Positions 1 to 10,160 of a stretch of 64,000 nucleotides of DNA are shown piece by piece. The position numbers were made by a program, and so were the translations under genes. Within the stretch, counting starts at the first letter, position 1; every line of letters starts with the position of its first letter. Below the pieces are notes generated by a model that saw only the letters and a list, made by a program, of their open reading frames with translations, made no database searches and had not been told where the DNA came from. The stretch lies in the sequence record PP813861.1, one strand, 5' to 3'.

Positions 1-2
1 GT

Positions 3-1124
3 ATGACCGCATATTTACCCAAATGGATTAAGTCTAATTGGATTAAATCAGACGGCACGCCGGTAGCAAACCAGGACCTATGGAAACAGATGGTCGAACT
101 AAAAGCTAAATGGGAAGAAACTAATAAACCATTAAGCATCCAATGGGTCCGTGGACATAACGGAGACATTGGTAATGAAAAAGCTGATGCTAACGCTAAG
201 CTTGGTTCGGGACAGAATAATGATAAGCCAGTGATGGTTTCGGTTAAAGGCGAAGAAATTAACAAACTTAAAAAACAAGTTGTTAATCCACTTATCCTCG
301 AAAGTAGGTTACTCTTCGCCATTAACTCTGGAGAAGAACCAGATGGGTTCTATTACACCTATAATTTAGGTCGTATGCATAACTATGGTCATAAACCAAA
401 AGACACTGCTAAAGATAAATTAGCTAAAGCTGATTTAATTTTAGGGCGTCGTATCTCTGAAGCAACCTTCAGTGTATATAAGGCAAATGAGCCAGATGAG
501 TATCTCCAGTTACTAATTAATATGCATACAGAAGCACTGGGTACTGAAAATCCAGAACTGGGTATCATCAATTTGGCAAACGCATACCGTGCAACCATTC
601 GACAGAAAATTGAATCCATGGGACTACCTGCTCTAGTCGTATGGAAAGATATCAATGTTTTGTCGACGCCAACAGATGAACTCATTAGTCGGACTCTTAA
701 TCCACCACGTATGGCAAATGATGCTGTAGCTACATTTAATGTTATGCGCAGTCGTCTTGAAGATTACTTGGCTGGTAAACTTGGAGAGTCGGTTGGTATT
801 ATTGATATTACCGAGCACTTCTTCGAGGAAGTCGCAAAGGGTAAGAAAGTTGGCTATCAACTACTTAAGACGATTACATCTAATACAGGCTTTGTAGAAG
901 TTCCGATCACATTTAAAGATCGTAAGATAAAATTAAAGCTTGTATTAAATATCGATATTCCAAGTAGAAACCAATTAGCTCGCATTGGAGCTAATAAAGT
1001 TAAAATGGAAATTCTTGTAGTAGCTGAAGGCCCATATTCTTATTCATATTCAATTGTGTTCGTGACGGATGATGGTTCAGCTATCTATCAATCACCCTAT
1101 ACACAATTTATTCTCCCAAAATAG
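3..1124 (+). CDS. Ribonuclease H (RNase HI-like, about gp155), 5'-truncated by the window edge, with long C-terminal extension
   Basis: W..SNW.KSDGTPVANQDLW...IQWVRGHNGDIGNEKADANAKLG is the C-terminal half of the RNase HI fold. Confidence 0.9.
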   Translation: MTAYLPKWIKSNWIKSDGTPVANQDLWKQMVELKAKWEETNKPLSIQWVRGHNGDIGNEKADANAKLGSGQNNDKPVMVSVKGEEINKLKKQVVNPLILESRLLFAINSGEEPDGFYYTYNLGRMHNYGHKPKDTAKDKLAKADLILGRRISEATFSVYKANEPDEYLQLLINMHTEALGTENPELGIINLANAYRATIRQKIESMGLPALVVWKDINVLSTPTDELISRTLNPPRMANDAVATFNVMRSRLEDYLAGKLGESVGIIDITEHFFEEVAKGKKVGYQLLKTITSNTGFVEVPITFKDRKIKLKLVLNIDIPSRNQLARIGANKVKMEILVVAEGPYSYSYSIVFVTDDGSAIYQSPYTQFILPK

Positions 1125-1134
1125 TGGGTATTCC

Positions 1135-1554
1135 ATGAACCTTATTAGCAGATTCAAAAAGTCGGTTAAGAATGGTTTCAGGGCAATTTGGATTAAGCTC
1201 TGGGACTATGCTGATCCCGAACTAAAGCGGATGTGCGTCATGGCGTCACTGTACTCCGTTATAGTACAGTGTAAGACAAATGAGTGTGAAAAGATCTCTC
1301 ATTTGAATTCTAACATGAAACTAGTACGCGATGAAGCTGCCTTACGACTCCCAATTCATTATGGGCCGTACGTATGGAAAGGCGTGATAGCAATCGATAA
1401 GATTGATAAAGCAGATCTAACCACTGATCAATTTTTCATGAGGCTTATTCGTAAGACTCCGTGTTGGATGAAATATGCTGATGATGCAACTTTTTTAAAG
1501 GATTTGAAAACCCTCTTTAAATTAAGTTTACATGAGAAGTGTATTCCAAATTGA
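1135..1554 (+). CDS. Hypothetical protein (about gp154)
   Basis: ORF track 1069..1554; start moved to ATG 1135, just after the RNase H stop. Confidence 0.7.
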   Translation: MNLISRFKKSVKNGFRAIWIKLWDYADPELKRMCVMASLYSVIVQCKTNECEKISHLNSNMKLVRDEAALRLPIHYGPYVWKGVIAIDKIDKADLTTDQFFMRLIRKTPCWMKYADDATFLKDLKTLFKLSLHEKCIPN

Positions 1555-1569
1555 TTGGTACGACATAAT

Positions 1570-1592
1570 GCCCTCTCCTTTTGGGAGAGGGC
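1570..1592. terminator. Intrinsic terminator between convergent genes
   Basis: GCCCTCTCC/GGAGAGGGC stem. Confidence 0.85.
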
Positions 1593-1600
1593 TTATGCTG

Positions 1601-2515
1601 TTATCCAATGATTTCACGAAGAATATCTTCAGTGGCTTTCATTGTGTTCGCAGTCTCAACAATCTTAGTAAAGAGTGTTGAATAACGTTCAACATGGTCT
1701 GCTGCCCATGTAACCCCTTCAATTAATGTCTGTAACAGCTCTGGAGAGGTGTCAGAGTTACTATCCTTAACATCCTCCATAAAGCTATCAATTAATTGAC
1801 TAAGCGCTTCTGAAGCACGTTTTACATCATTTGGACGAACCCGTGATAAAATGCTACGAATATCGTTCATTTTCTTTGTTGCGTCAACAAATGAATTTAA
1901 TGATGGGTAAAGCTTACCAAACTCAGCTGTACTTGACCGGTTGTCACTGTCATAGAAAGAAGCATCTTTAGCAAGATCATTGATCGATGCCATTGCAAAT
2001 GAATTAGCAAAGCCACGCTTATCCATTCGATCAGCACGCTGTTGTAGATAATATCCAAGTTGTGCTTTAACCGGGTCTAATACCGCTGGAATAATAGTGG
2101 CCATTTCCTTAGCTTCTGTTAATAGATAATCAACATAGTCTGGAATCTCACCATTAAAACCAACTGGTTGTGGCACGATTGTATTTGCTACTTCTAAATA
2201 ATCAATGTGTGAAACTAAATGGCGCATCTGCGCTGGATGGAACTCAGGAATAATTTGATTACTCCAGTTAGTCATCGACGTAAATGCATTACGAGCAGCG
2301 ATAGCAAAATTAGCACCGCGTTTATTGATAATGTTAATAGCGTTTGTTGCGAAATTAGCTTCTTGAGAAATAGTCTCAGTAATATCTACAAGCTGTTGTT
2401 TTGGATCAACTTGTACTAAACTAATATCATCATTAACAATATTGTCAGATTCAATTAGATCCTGACAATCATTTTCTAGTGAAATACTTTTAGCGTATTT
2501 ATGGATGTTAAACAT
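1601..2515 (-). CDS. Virion head protein (about gp153) with propeptide
   Basis: 304-aa ORF; N-terminal SLE matches the S/A/G-x-E prohead protease motif; synteny. Confidence 0.7.
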   Translation of the reverse strand: MFNIHKYAKSISLENDCQDLIESDNIVNDDISLVQVDPKQQLVDITETISQEANFATNAINIINKRGANFAIAARNAFTSMTNWSNQIIPEFHPAQMRHLVSHIDYLEVANTIVPQPVGFNGEIPDYVDYLLTEAKEMATIIPAVLDPVKAQLGYYLQQRADRMDKRGFANSFAMASINDLAKDASFYDSDNRSSTAEFGKLYPSLNSFVDATKKMNDIRSILSRVRPNDVKRASEALSQLIDSFMEDVKDSNSDTSPELLQTLIEGVTWAADHVERYSTLFTKIVETANTMKATEDILREIIG

Positions 2516-2557
2516 GTCTTAATTTCCTTGCGCAAGGATTGTTGAATATGTAGACAT

Positions 2558-2565
2558 AAAATTAC
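2558..2565 (+). promoter_or_regulatory. Putative phiKZ middle promoter AAAATTAC upstream of uvsX
   Basis: Same 8-mer upstream of dnaB (42211); fits the recalled phiKZ middle consensus. Confidence 0.55.
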
Positions 2566-2612
2566 TCTCCAAATCAATTAATTGACTGTTTAACTTAAAA
2601 AATGGAGTCAAC

Positions 2613-4052
2613 ATGTTTGGTAAACATTTCGAACGTCCAGCTTTCCGACCGGCTCTTAACATCGGATGCCTTATGGACATTTCAACTGGTAAGTATGAAC
2701 AAGGTAAGCATGGTGAAATGATTCTAAATGGTGGTATGGGATCACTAACTGGTATTGCTTCACGACCTAACAATTTTAAAACTGCATTAGGTATCTACCT
2801 CATGGCAATGATGCGCCGTGCTTTCCCCGGTGCACATGCAATGACTTACGATACAGAAGGTACATTAAACCCAGGTGCTCGATTTACATCTTTAGCACAA
2901 GCTTATCCTGAGCTAGCTGCTATCGATTGGGAAAATGATGAGCAATACATGTTTACTGACTTATCTCGTTATACTGGGGATGAGTGGTTCAAAATCTTCC
3001 GCGATGCATTATCTGAAAAAGAAAAGGCTGAAAAAGATTATCTACGTACTACCCCATTTCTTGATGTGAATGGTAATAATAAGAAAGCACTGTACCCAAC
3101 TGGCGGGTTCATTGATAGTTTCTCAAAGTTCATTGTCTCAGCTGTGTCTGAAATGTATGCTAAAAATGCTATCGGTGATTCTAAAGTAAACACTGATGCA
3201 ATGACTAATGGTAAAGCTAAGAATCAGTTATTTAACCAGCTACCGCAGATCTGTGCTAAAACCAGTACATACATGATTCTCACTGCACACGTTGGAGATA
3301 TCATTCAAATTGAGATGTACCCTACTGATAAACGTAATCTATCGCATATGAAGAAGGATACGGTTCTTAAAGGGGTGTCAGGTGGTTTCTACTCTCTACC
3401 GAATAATGTGTTTTCTATTGAATCTAATAAACCGTTAGTCAATAAAGAAAAAATGCCTTTATATCCAATTGACAATTCAACTGCTATTGAAGGCGATACA
3501 GATCTACGTATTCTAGAAGTTATTAACTTACGTGGTAAAGGTGGAATTACTGGTCTACCATTCCATCTCATTGTTTCACAAACTGAAGGTATTCTTCCAT
3601 CACTATCAGAATTCCATTATTGCCGTGAAAATGATTGGGGGATTGGTGGTAATAACATTAACTACTTCGTTGAGCTATGTCCTGATATCAAACTAAGTCG
3701 GACCACTGTTCGTAAGAAATTGATGGATAACCCTGCTCTACAACGAGCTGTTGAAATCCAATCTGAAATGCTACAATTAATTCAATTCCAACGTTGGAAT
3801 CTTGGAGATTATGTAGTAACGCCAGCTGAGCTATATGCTGATCTTAAAGTAATGGGTTATGATTGGGATATTATTCTTAATAATACTCGTGGCTATTGGA
3901 TGTTCGAAGAAGACGAACAGTTTAGTGATAAAAAATTCCTATCCACGTATGACCTACTACGTATGCGTAAAAGTGAATATAAACCATACTGGATGACTGA
4001 CGAAGAAAAAGCTAAAATTGTACCTCTTGAACTAGCTAAAGCAAAAGCTTAA
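2613..4052 (+). CDS. uvsX: UvsX/RecA-like recombinase (about gp152)
   Basis: Variant Walker A GIASRPNNFKT, YDTEG and FIDS Walker B-like motifs; 479 aa. Confidence 0.88.
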   Translation: MFGKHFERPAFRPALNIGCLMDISTGKYEQGKHGEMILNGGMGSLTGIASRPNNFKTALGIYLMAMMRRAFPGAHAMTYDTEGTLNPGARFTSLAQAYPELAAIDWENDEQYMFTDLSRYTGDEWFKIFRDALSEKEKAEKDYLRTTPFLDVNGNNKKALYPTGGFIDSFSKFIVSAVSEMYAKNAIGDSKVNTDAMTNGKAKNQLFNQLPQICAKTSTYMILTAHVGDIIQIEMYPTDKRNLSHMKKDTVLKGVSGGFYSLPNNVFSIESNKPLVNKEKMPLYPIDNSTAIEGDTDLRILEVINLRGKGGITGLPFHLIVSQTEGILPSLSEFHYCRENDWGIGGNNINYFVELCPDIKLSRTTVRKKLMDNPALQRAVEIQSEMLQLIQFQRWNLGDYVVTPAELYADLKVMGYDWDIILNNTRGYWMFEEDEQFSDKKFLSTYDLLRMRKSEYKPYWMTDEEKAKIVPLELAKAKA

Positions 4053-4083
4053 TGTTAGTATAGATGTTATCGCCAGTTTCAAA

Positions 4084-4114
4084 ATAACTAGGGGTCAATA
4101 AGATCCCTAGTTAT
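4084..4114. terminator. 13-bp hairpin after uvsX (terminator or processing site)
   Basis: ATAACTAGGGGTC-AATAA-GATCCCTAGTTAT. Confidence 0.55.
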
Positions 4115-4128
4115 GTCAGGTTTGGTAT

Positions 4129-4479
4129 ATGAATGTTTACACTTATCAGATAGCTAAATATAAGTTAGTTATAGAGAAAGGAATAAAACCTCTAGACATA
4201 ACTGTTAAATCAGGTGCGTATCAACTCGCACCTACTTGGTTAATGGTTATGGGACATAAGAAAGGAATTATATCAGATGATGAATACACTGAAGCATATC
4301 TCAGTATGTTAGAGCAATCATTGATTGATAATCCAGAATTCTTTAAATGGTTCTTCCAATTAGAGGAAGTAGCATTAGGTTGTTATTGTCGCGCTGGTAA
4401 TTTCTGTCACCGGCATTTATTAGTAGAATGGCTTGAAACAAAAACAGAGGTCATTTACTGTGGTGAGATATCAAAGTAA
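4129..4479 (+). CDS. DUF488/YeaO-like small protein (about gp151)
   Basis: LAPT...Y..AY...L...VALGCYC....CHRHLL pattern. Confidence 0.55.
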   Translation: MNVYTYQIAKYKLVIEKGIKPLDITVKSGAYQLAPTWLMVMGHKKGIISDDEYTEAYLSMLEQSLIDNPEFFKWFFQLEEVALGCYCRAGNFCHRHLLVEWLETKTEVIYCGEISK

Positions 4480-4502
4480 AATAAAGACCCTAAGGAACTA
4501 TA

Positions 4503-4823
4503 ATGAAAACTACAGAAGATTATCGTTTAACACTTTGTCAACGTCTACGAATGTTTGATGTTGAACTATCAGAAGATCTATTACGTCGATTACCAGTGTG
4601 TACAGACGTACCCACTTTATCAGCTTGCTTTCAGCAACTATTAGCTCAATACCCTAGTCAGACATTGACAGCTAGAACCACCATTGATGATTCAGTCACC
4701 TTTGAAGTATGGTATGCTAATTTTCTAGCCAATATATTACCAATTCTTAAGAGGCATAGGTTACCACCATGTACTGACCAGAATTCAATACCTGTCTATC
4801 AAGGGGTATCTCGCTCAAGCTAA
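4503..4823 (+). CDS. Hypothetical protein (about gp150)
   Basis: 106-aa ORF with AAGGAA SD, in operon. Confidence 0.75.
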   Translation: MKTTEDYRLTLCQRLRMFDVELSEDLLRRLPVCTDVPTLSACFQQLLAQYPSQTLTARTTIDDSVTFEVWYANFLANILPILKRHRLPPCTDQNSIPVYQGVSRSS

Positions 4824-4855
4824 TGGTATGTTAAACAACCTTAGAGGAAATTACC

Positions 4856-5530
4856 ATGACTAAACGAGAATTGGTAGAAAAAGAATGCCTATGGATTATT
4901 GACATGTTTCTACCTGGTAGTAGTAATGTTGATATCTATAAAGAAATGTTTGCACGAATGAATGATGAGGAATTTGAGGAGTGGATTAATAAGTTAGATT
5001 CTGGTGAAGAGATGTTGGCATTATATGCTCCTAACTTATGCACTAAGCCTAAATTAACTATTAAGCAAAATTATAAAGTTGCTAAAGCGATTGGTCATAA
5101 TTTATTCCAACACATCATTTTAACTGATCCAGGTACTGGCCAGGTATATCGAACTGCTAATAAACATTTAGTTGGTTTAATACCAATTCGTCGTCAAGTA
5201 CAAATGCTTGAGAAAAAGAAAAGTATTCCAGGTTCTAGTCACGTGATTGACCAGAGGTCAGGGCAGGTAACTGGTGATTCTAAAGGATCACGTATGTCTG
5301 CACCAGAGATTCAAGTTAACGCTTCAAAAGGTCTCCGTTATTCCATGATCGAATTCATGAAACTGCGTGGTGGCGACCAGAAGGCGTATAATGCAATGAA
5401 CCGCTCTATTATCGAAACTGGTAGTGCTTCTGTTGATTCCATCATGTCCACTTATGATACTACTGTGCAATCTAATAAAACATTTGCATGTTATCTAAAA
5501 GGCATGATGCTACAAAATAACTTGGTGTAA
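4856..5530 (+). CDS. Virion RNA polymerase beta subunit, C-terminal part (gp149)
   Basis: IDQRSGQVTGDSKGSRMSAPEIQV resembles the beta C-terminal GGQRFGEME region; 224 aa; synteny. Confidence 0.85.
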   Translation: MTKRELVEKECLWIIDMFLPGSSNVDIYKEMFARMNDEEFEEWINKLDSGEEMLALYAPNLCTKPKLTIKQNYKVAKAIGHNLFQHIILTDPGTGQVYRTANKHLVGLIPIRRQVQMLEKKKSIPGSSHVIDQRSGQVTGDSKGSRMSAPEIQVNASKGLRYSMIEFMKLRGGDQKAYNAMNRSIIETGSASVDSIMSTYDTTVQSNKTFACYLKGMMLQNNLV

Positions 5531-5532
5531 TT

Positions 5533-6039
5533 ATGAATAATCGCCAGATTTATGAAGATATGTGCGAAGCTTTAATTGTATCTAATACTGAGTTAGTAAA
5601 TGGATACAGTGCTGAAATCATTGCGGATATTTTGGATTTACTAAATAACTGGAGTACCAATACTCATTGGTATCACATTGCTGATAAAACAGTTATTAGG
5701 GATATCTGGAATTTATTCCGTAATAAAGGTAATCGTCTTCAACCTATCTTAAGTTTAGTTAGTCGATTTAAAATGGCTGTTAATGATTGGGATGGTGTGG
5801 TGGAATTACTAGCTAATTCTATTTATCCTTATCAATCTAATTCAACTATTGTTGACCAAGAAATGTTAGCGCGATTAATTCCACGAAAAGAATTAACTGA
5901 CATTTTATACCAAAATGATTGGTTAGTTTGGATTATTTGCCAATGTTTAAATATCCGTTATATTACTAATCTAGTTGAATCTATCCCAGTTCAAGCTAAG
6001 CCATCTAAAAAGAAGGCGGTAAATAATAATGTTTCGTAA
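5533..6039 (+). CDS. Conserved hypothetical protein (about gp148)
   Basis: 168-aa ORF, 2 nt after the upstream stop. Confidence 0.75.
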   Translation: MNNRQIYEDMCEALIVSNTELVNGYSAEIIADILDLLNNWSTNTHWYHIADKTVIRDIWNLFRNKGNRLQPILSLVSRFKMAVNDWDGVVELLANSIYPYQSNSTIVDQEMLARLIPRKELTDILYQNDWLVWIICQCLNIRYITNLVESIPVQAKPSKKKAVNNNVS

Positions 6040-6745
6040 AATCTTAATTGATCTTGACTCACTATTAGATACACGATTAGGAACCATTAGGTTACTAAAT
6101 AAAGATGCAGCTAATAAGCTTGTTACCAATGGTCAAATTTACTGGCATAGGGAAATGGATGATTGGACTAAACTAACAGATGGTTTAGTAACTAATGAAC
6201 AATTTGTCGAAGCTTATTCTAAACGTGGTGGTGAAAATACTGCTGACACTATCAATAGTTCTATATTCACTGGTATCATTCCATTTATTATTCAATTAAT
6301 AGCCCAATCAGATTTGAATAGATTAGATGGTATAGTTAATGCTAATTTTGAAACATGTCTTGAAGTCAATATCTGGCCATATGAATTGACACCAGATGCT
6401 CAAGATGAATTACTATACTGCTTACATAAGTACATTGGTGATCATATTCAGATCACCCTGATTAATACTCCATTAACAGACCTTACTTGTTCTAGATTAA
6501 ACTCTATCTATTCAATGGCGATTATGTATAATTTTGGAGAATGGTGTAAAACCCATGTTCTTGAATTAGGACAAGTGTTGATGCCTGACTTTACTATTAT
6601 TGGTCCAAAACTATTTGAGAAAGATGTAAGTGAATTAGCTGTTGAAGATAAACAGTTTATTATCATGGATTTCCAGTTAAAGCATAAACTTAATATCGAC
6701 TTTGATTTCATCGATGCTGAATACTTTTCCATGTTTAAGCCATGA
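6029..6745 (+). CDS. HAD-superfamily-like protein (about gp147)
   Basis: N-terminal KILIDLDSLLDT resembles HAD motif I (DxD). Confidence 0.55.
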   Translation: MFRKILIDLDSLLDTRLGTIRLLNKDAANKLVTNGQIYWHREMDDWTKLTDGLVTNEQFVEAYSKRGGENTADTINSSIFTGIIPFIIQLIAQSDLNRLDGIVNANFETCLEVNIWPYELTPDAQDELLYCLHKYIGDHIQITLINTPLTDLTCSRLNSIYSMAIMYNFGEWCKTHVLELGQVLMPDFTIIGPKLFEKDVSELAVEDKQFIIMDFQLKHKLNIDFDFIDAEYFSMFKP

Positions 6746-6751
6746 TACCCA

Positions 6752-6778
6752 ATAGAAAGCCCTATTAGGGCTTTCTAT
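6752..6778 (+). terminator. Intrinsic terminator
   Basis: 12-bp stem followed by GC and T8. Confidence 0.85.
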
Positions 6779-6847
6779 GCTTTTTTTTAGATATAACTGG
6801 TACGATGGTATGGTTAATAATGAATCAATCTTAAAAGACAAAATAAA

Positions 6848-6867
6848 GCCCTCCCCGAAGGGAGGGC
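6848..6867 (-). terminator. Intrinsic terminator with UUCG loop
   Basis: GCCCTCCC-TTCG-GGGAGGGC then TTTATTT on minus strand. Confidence 0.9.
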
Positions 6868-6878
6868 AATATGTCATT

Positions 6879-9800
6879 TTAAATAACAGCACCTTTGGAA
6901 ACTATCCAGTTAGTACCATCCCATAAGAGGGTGAGAACTGTTTTAGTATCACCTAGGTCATCTACTATTACTGGAGTACCATTGTTCCACTGTAGCACTG
7001 CACTAGACAGTGTTGGCATAGCTACCTTACCAAGCAATACAAGAACAGCTGTGATCATGCGATCAACAGGTCCATTCTCTAGTGTAATGGTTTGGTTAGC
7101 AGCAGTTTGAACCCTATAGCACTGCTGGTTAGCAGGTGTTATAGTCAGAGCTGTACCAGTGAATGTACTTGATTTTAGGCTATATGCATCGAATGATTTA
7201 TCTAGCTTCTTCCAAGTAATATTAGTACCAGTACGGCTACGTAGCCAATCACCATCAGCGGTTACATCATTATTCGGACCTTGGAATAGAGTCCATGATT
7301 TAGCCGCAGCATTACGTAGGAATAGTTGTCCACTAGTAGCATCAGCTTGATCAACTATAATAGTTACAGGTGTCCATTTAGAACCACTAGCTGTTTTCTC
7401 ACGTACATAGTTAGTGCCATTAGCACCTTCACTAGGTACTTCACCAATAACTGCGGCTGGTACAGCTACCCATTCACCATTTTGCATACCCATTAGAGTA
7501 TCATCGGTTTGCAGAGGTGCTACATCAACCCAGTTACCAGCTACACGACCTTGAGGCTTAGTAGCTTGTGCAGTATCGCGTACTACATCTGAAGGAATTT
7601 CTGGGAATGTAATGGTAGCCCATTCAGTTTCACCCCCTGCAATACCTTTACGAACGTATTGTGCATTAACAACTGGACTAGGTACAGCATCAATGGCAGG
7701 TGTTGGTAATTCAATAGCAGTCCATTCAACAGCCCCGTCAGCGGTTGCTTTACGGCGACCATAGAAGACACCTACTTCAGCATCTACCACCTCATCAACA
7801 GGTAGTTCAGTCCAACCGAGTTTGTACCGAACCATTTTCTTATCGACATCTTCTGGATCGACTTCACTAACTGGAACTGACATTAATTTGTAGAATACAA
7901 CCCAGTTAGCATCTTTATACCAAACGGTACCAGTTTTGTCGATACACCAGTCACCACGATTACCATCGATAGAAGTGGGTGCAGTTTGACCTTCAGGTAG
8001 AATTACCCAAGAGGATCCACGTTCACCTTTCTGACCGGTTTTACCAGGGATACCTGGAACACCTTGTTTACCTTCAGGACCTTCAGGGCCCTGCGGACCC
8101 ATGGCTAAGACACCTAGGCTTTCCCAAGTAAATGTACCTTCAGTATCGATACTTACAAATACTTCTACTTGTCCTTCAGTATTGGTGCGAATGGCAATAC
8201 CTTTACCTACGTTATCAGCAGATGCTACTGGTTTACCAGCATCATCACCAACATAGATAATTAATAGACCACCACCTTGTTTACCTTCAGGACCTTGTGG
8301 GCCTTCGACACCCTGGATACCCTGCTCACCATTTAGATTAATTGGGCCGATATAGCCATCAATTTCCTGACCTTGGTAAGTATAGAGCATTGTACCTTCG
8401 TTAGTTTCAACCCAGTATGAATCACCAGTTACTAAGTCAGGATCAGTGTCTTTCTTTGGTAGTTGTGAAGCATCGGTTAAAACACCTTTAATGTTTAAAC
8501 CTTCACCCGGTTTACCTTGCGGACCTGCCATAATACCAATGCTAGTCCAGCGACTACCGTCCATGTTAACAAATACTTCGCCCGTGGACTTAACAGTATA
8601 TGCTTTCCATTGGTTATCGGCAAGTGCTTCTGGTGGGGTATCTTCAGGAGTGTCAATCGCTGCGATGATCTGGATAGGTTCACCAGCGGGACCTTGTGGG
8701 CCTTCTGGTCCCTCGGGTCCTTCTGGTCCCTGATCACCGTCTTTACCAGGTGCGCCATCTTCACCTTTAGGACCTCGATGTGTACCACTATTTACCCAAT
8801 TACCATCTATCTTAACAAATAAGGTAGATGTGTCTTGTGTGAAGTACGCTGCCTGATCAGGAGCATCTGCCGGCAGGGCTGCCTCATTGGCAACAGCACC
8901 AGTAATAACTACGTTCTTACCATGTAGACTGATTAACCATTCACCCTCAGTACCAGTGAAGCCATTGTCCAATGCTACTTGGAAAGCCGATTTACCTTGT
9001 GCCCCTGGTTCACCAGGTAGACCTTGTTCGCCATCTTCACCTTGCGGACCTTCAGGGCCCTGCGGGCCACGGAATGAACCCATGGCTGTCCATGAGATAT
9101 CAACAGTCGGATCTTGGCCAGTCAGTACATAAACCGTATTGGTGGAACGTACTGAAACACCTTGGTATTGTTCTACACCAGTGGTGGTTAATAGATCATC
9201 AGCAGTTTCAACTGCTTTAACTACTTCTAAGTTACGACCTTGTGGACCAGGTTCACCTTGTTTACCATCGGGACCCGGATCACCTGTATTACCTGGTTTA
9301 CCTTGTGGGCCCTCAGGGCCTTGGAAAGTACCTAGGTCTGACCATGCCCCTTTTACAAAGATGAATAGATGTTCTGGTTTACCAGCTTCCATAGTAACTA
9401 AGTATGCTTCTGATTCTTTAGCTACAGATGGATCAGGTAAATCAGCTGGTGATGGTAGTGAATCCTTAATGGTAAACGGCATTGCTGGTTCACCCTGAGG
9501 ACCTTCAGGACCAATTTCACCATCTTTACCTTGCGGACCCTCAGGGCCCTCAGGTCCACGTTCACCCTGTGGTGTAACTGGGAACCAATCATAGTCATCA
9601 ATAGTTGGATTCTCTGGCGGATTATTACCTGAGATAAGCATCCACGCCCAGAGTTGATTATTCCATGAATAAGCATCTCCAGGTTTATTACTTTCAGTCT
9701 TAGGTAATTCTAAGTTATTAGGCCAACGACCACGGATAACTAGACCAGTACCATCTGGACCACGAAGTGAACCTGTTTCAACCCAACGACCTTTTACAGG

Positions 9801-10160
9801 GGGGTCTTCATTACCTAGCGGTGATTCCCACACCCATAGCCGATCTTCAACGAACCAAGCATCACCGACATTATGCGTATCTAATGGTTTAATATCTTGT
9901 TCGAATGTTGCTAGATCAACATTAGCGATAATGTTAATAGCCGGACCAACTGGGCCAGGAGGGCCTTGTTCGCCATCTTTACCCGGCTGACCATCTTCAC
10001 CCTTTAATCCAGGTATAGTAACAGGATCAACGAAAGTAGTATTAAGACCCACCCCGGTAGAAACCGGGATGTGTCCATTAACTACAGAAGTGGGCTCATC
10101 AATTGATGATACCCGTTTGGGGAGTTCCCCGTTTACATAATCTTCAAATGCAGAAGCCAT
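6879..10160 (-). CDS. Collagen-like virion fibre protein (about gp146)
   Basis: Many G-X-Y (GPQGPEG) runs alternating with about 50-aa GDAY..W..G repeats; 1093 aa. Confidence 0.85.
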   Translation of the reverse strand: MASAFEDYVNGELPKRVSSIDEPTSVVNGHIPVSTGVGLNTTFVDPVTIPGLKGEDGQPGKDGEQGPPGPVGPAINIIANVDLATFEQDIKPLDTHNVGDAWFVEDRLWVWESPLGNEDPPVKGRWVETGSLRGPDGTGLVIRGRWPNNLELPKTESNKPGDAYSWNNQLWAWMLISGNNPPENPTIDDYDWFPVTPQGERGPEGPEGPQGKDGEIGPEGPQGEPAMPFTIKDSLPSPADLPDPSVAKESEAYLVTMEAGKPEHLFIFVKGAWSDLGTFQGPEGPQGKPGNTGDPGPDGKQGEPGPQGRNLEVVKAVETADDLLTTTGVEQYQGVSVRSTNTVYVLTGQDPTVDISWTAMGSFRGPQGPEGPQGEDGEQGLPGEPGAQGKSAFQVALDNGFTGTEGEWLISLHGKNVVITGAVANEAALPADAPDQAAYFTQDTSTLFVKIDGNWVNSGTHRGPKGEDGAPGKDGDQGPEGPEGPEGPQGPAGEPIQIIAAIDTPEDTPPEALADNQWKAYTVKSTGEVFVNMDGSRWTSIGIMAGPQGKPGEGLNIKGVLTDASQLPKKDTDPDLVTGDSYWVETNEGTMLYTYQGQEIDGYIGPINLNGEQGIQGVEGPQGPEGKQGGGLLIIYVGDDAGKPVASADNVGKGIAIRTNTEGQVEVFVSIDTEGTFTWESLGVLAMGPQGPEGPEGKQGVPGIPGKTGQKGERGSSWVILPEGQTAPTSIDGNRGDWCIDKTGTVWYKDANWVVFYKLMSVPVSEVDPEDVDKKMVRYKLGWTELPVDEVVDAEVGVFYGRRKATADGAVEWTAIELPTPAIDAVPSPVVNAQYVRKGIAGGETEWATITFPEIPSDVVRDTAQATKPQGRVAGNWVDVAPLQTDDTLMGMQNGEWVAVPAAVIGEVPSEGANGTNYVREKTASGSKWTPVTIIVDQADATSGQLFLRNAAAKSWTLFQGPNNDVTADGDWLRSRTGTNITWKKLDKSFDAYSLKSSTFTGTALTITPANQQCYRVQTAANQTITLENGPVDRMITAVLVLLGKVAMPTLSSAVLQWNNGTPVIVDDLGDTKTVLTLLWDGTNWIVSKGAVI

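Noticed and set aside
6895-9676. Numerous 60-120 aa antisense and alternate-frame ORFs inside gp146
   Set aside because: Explained by Gly-Pro codon repeats suppressing stop codons.
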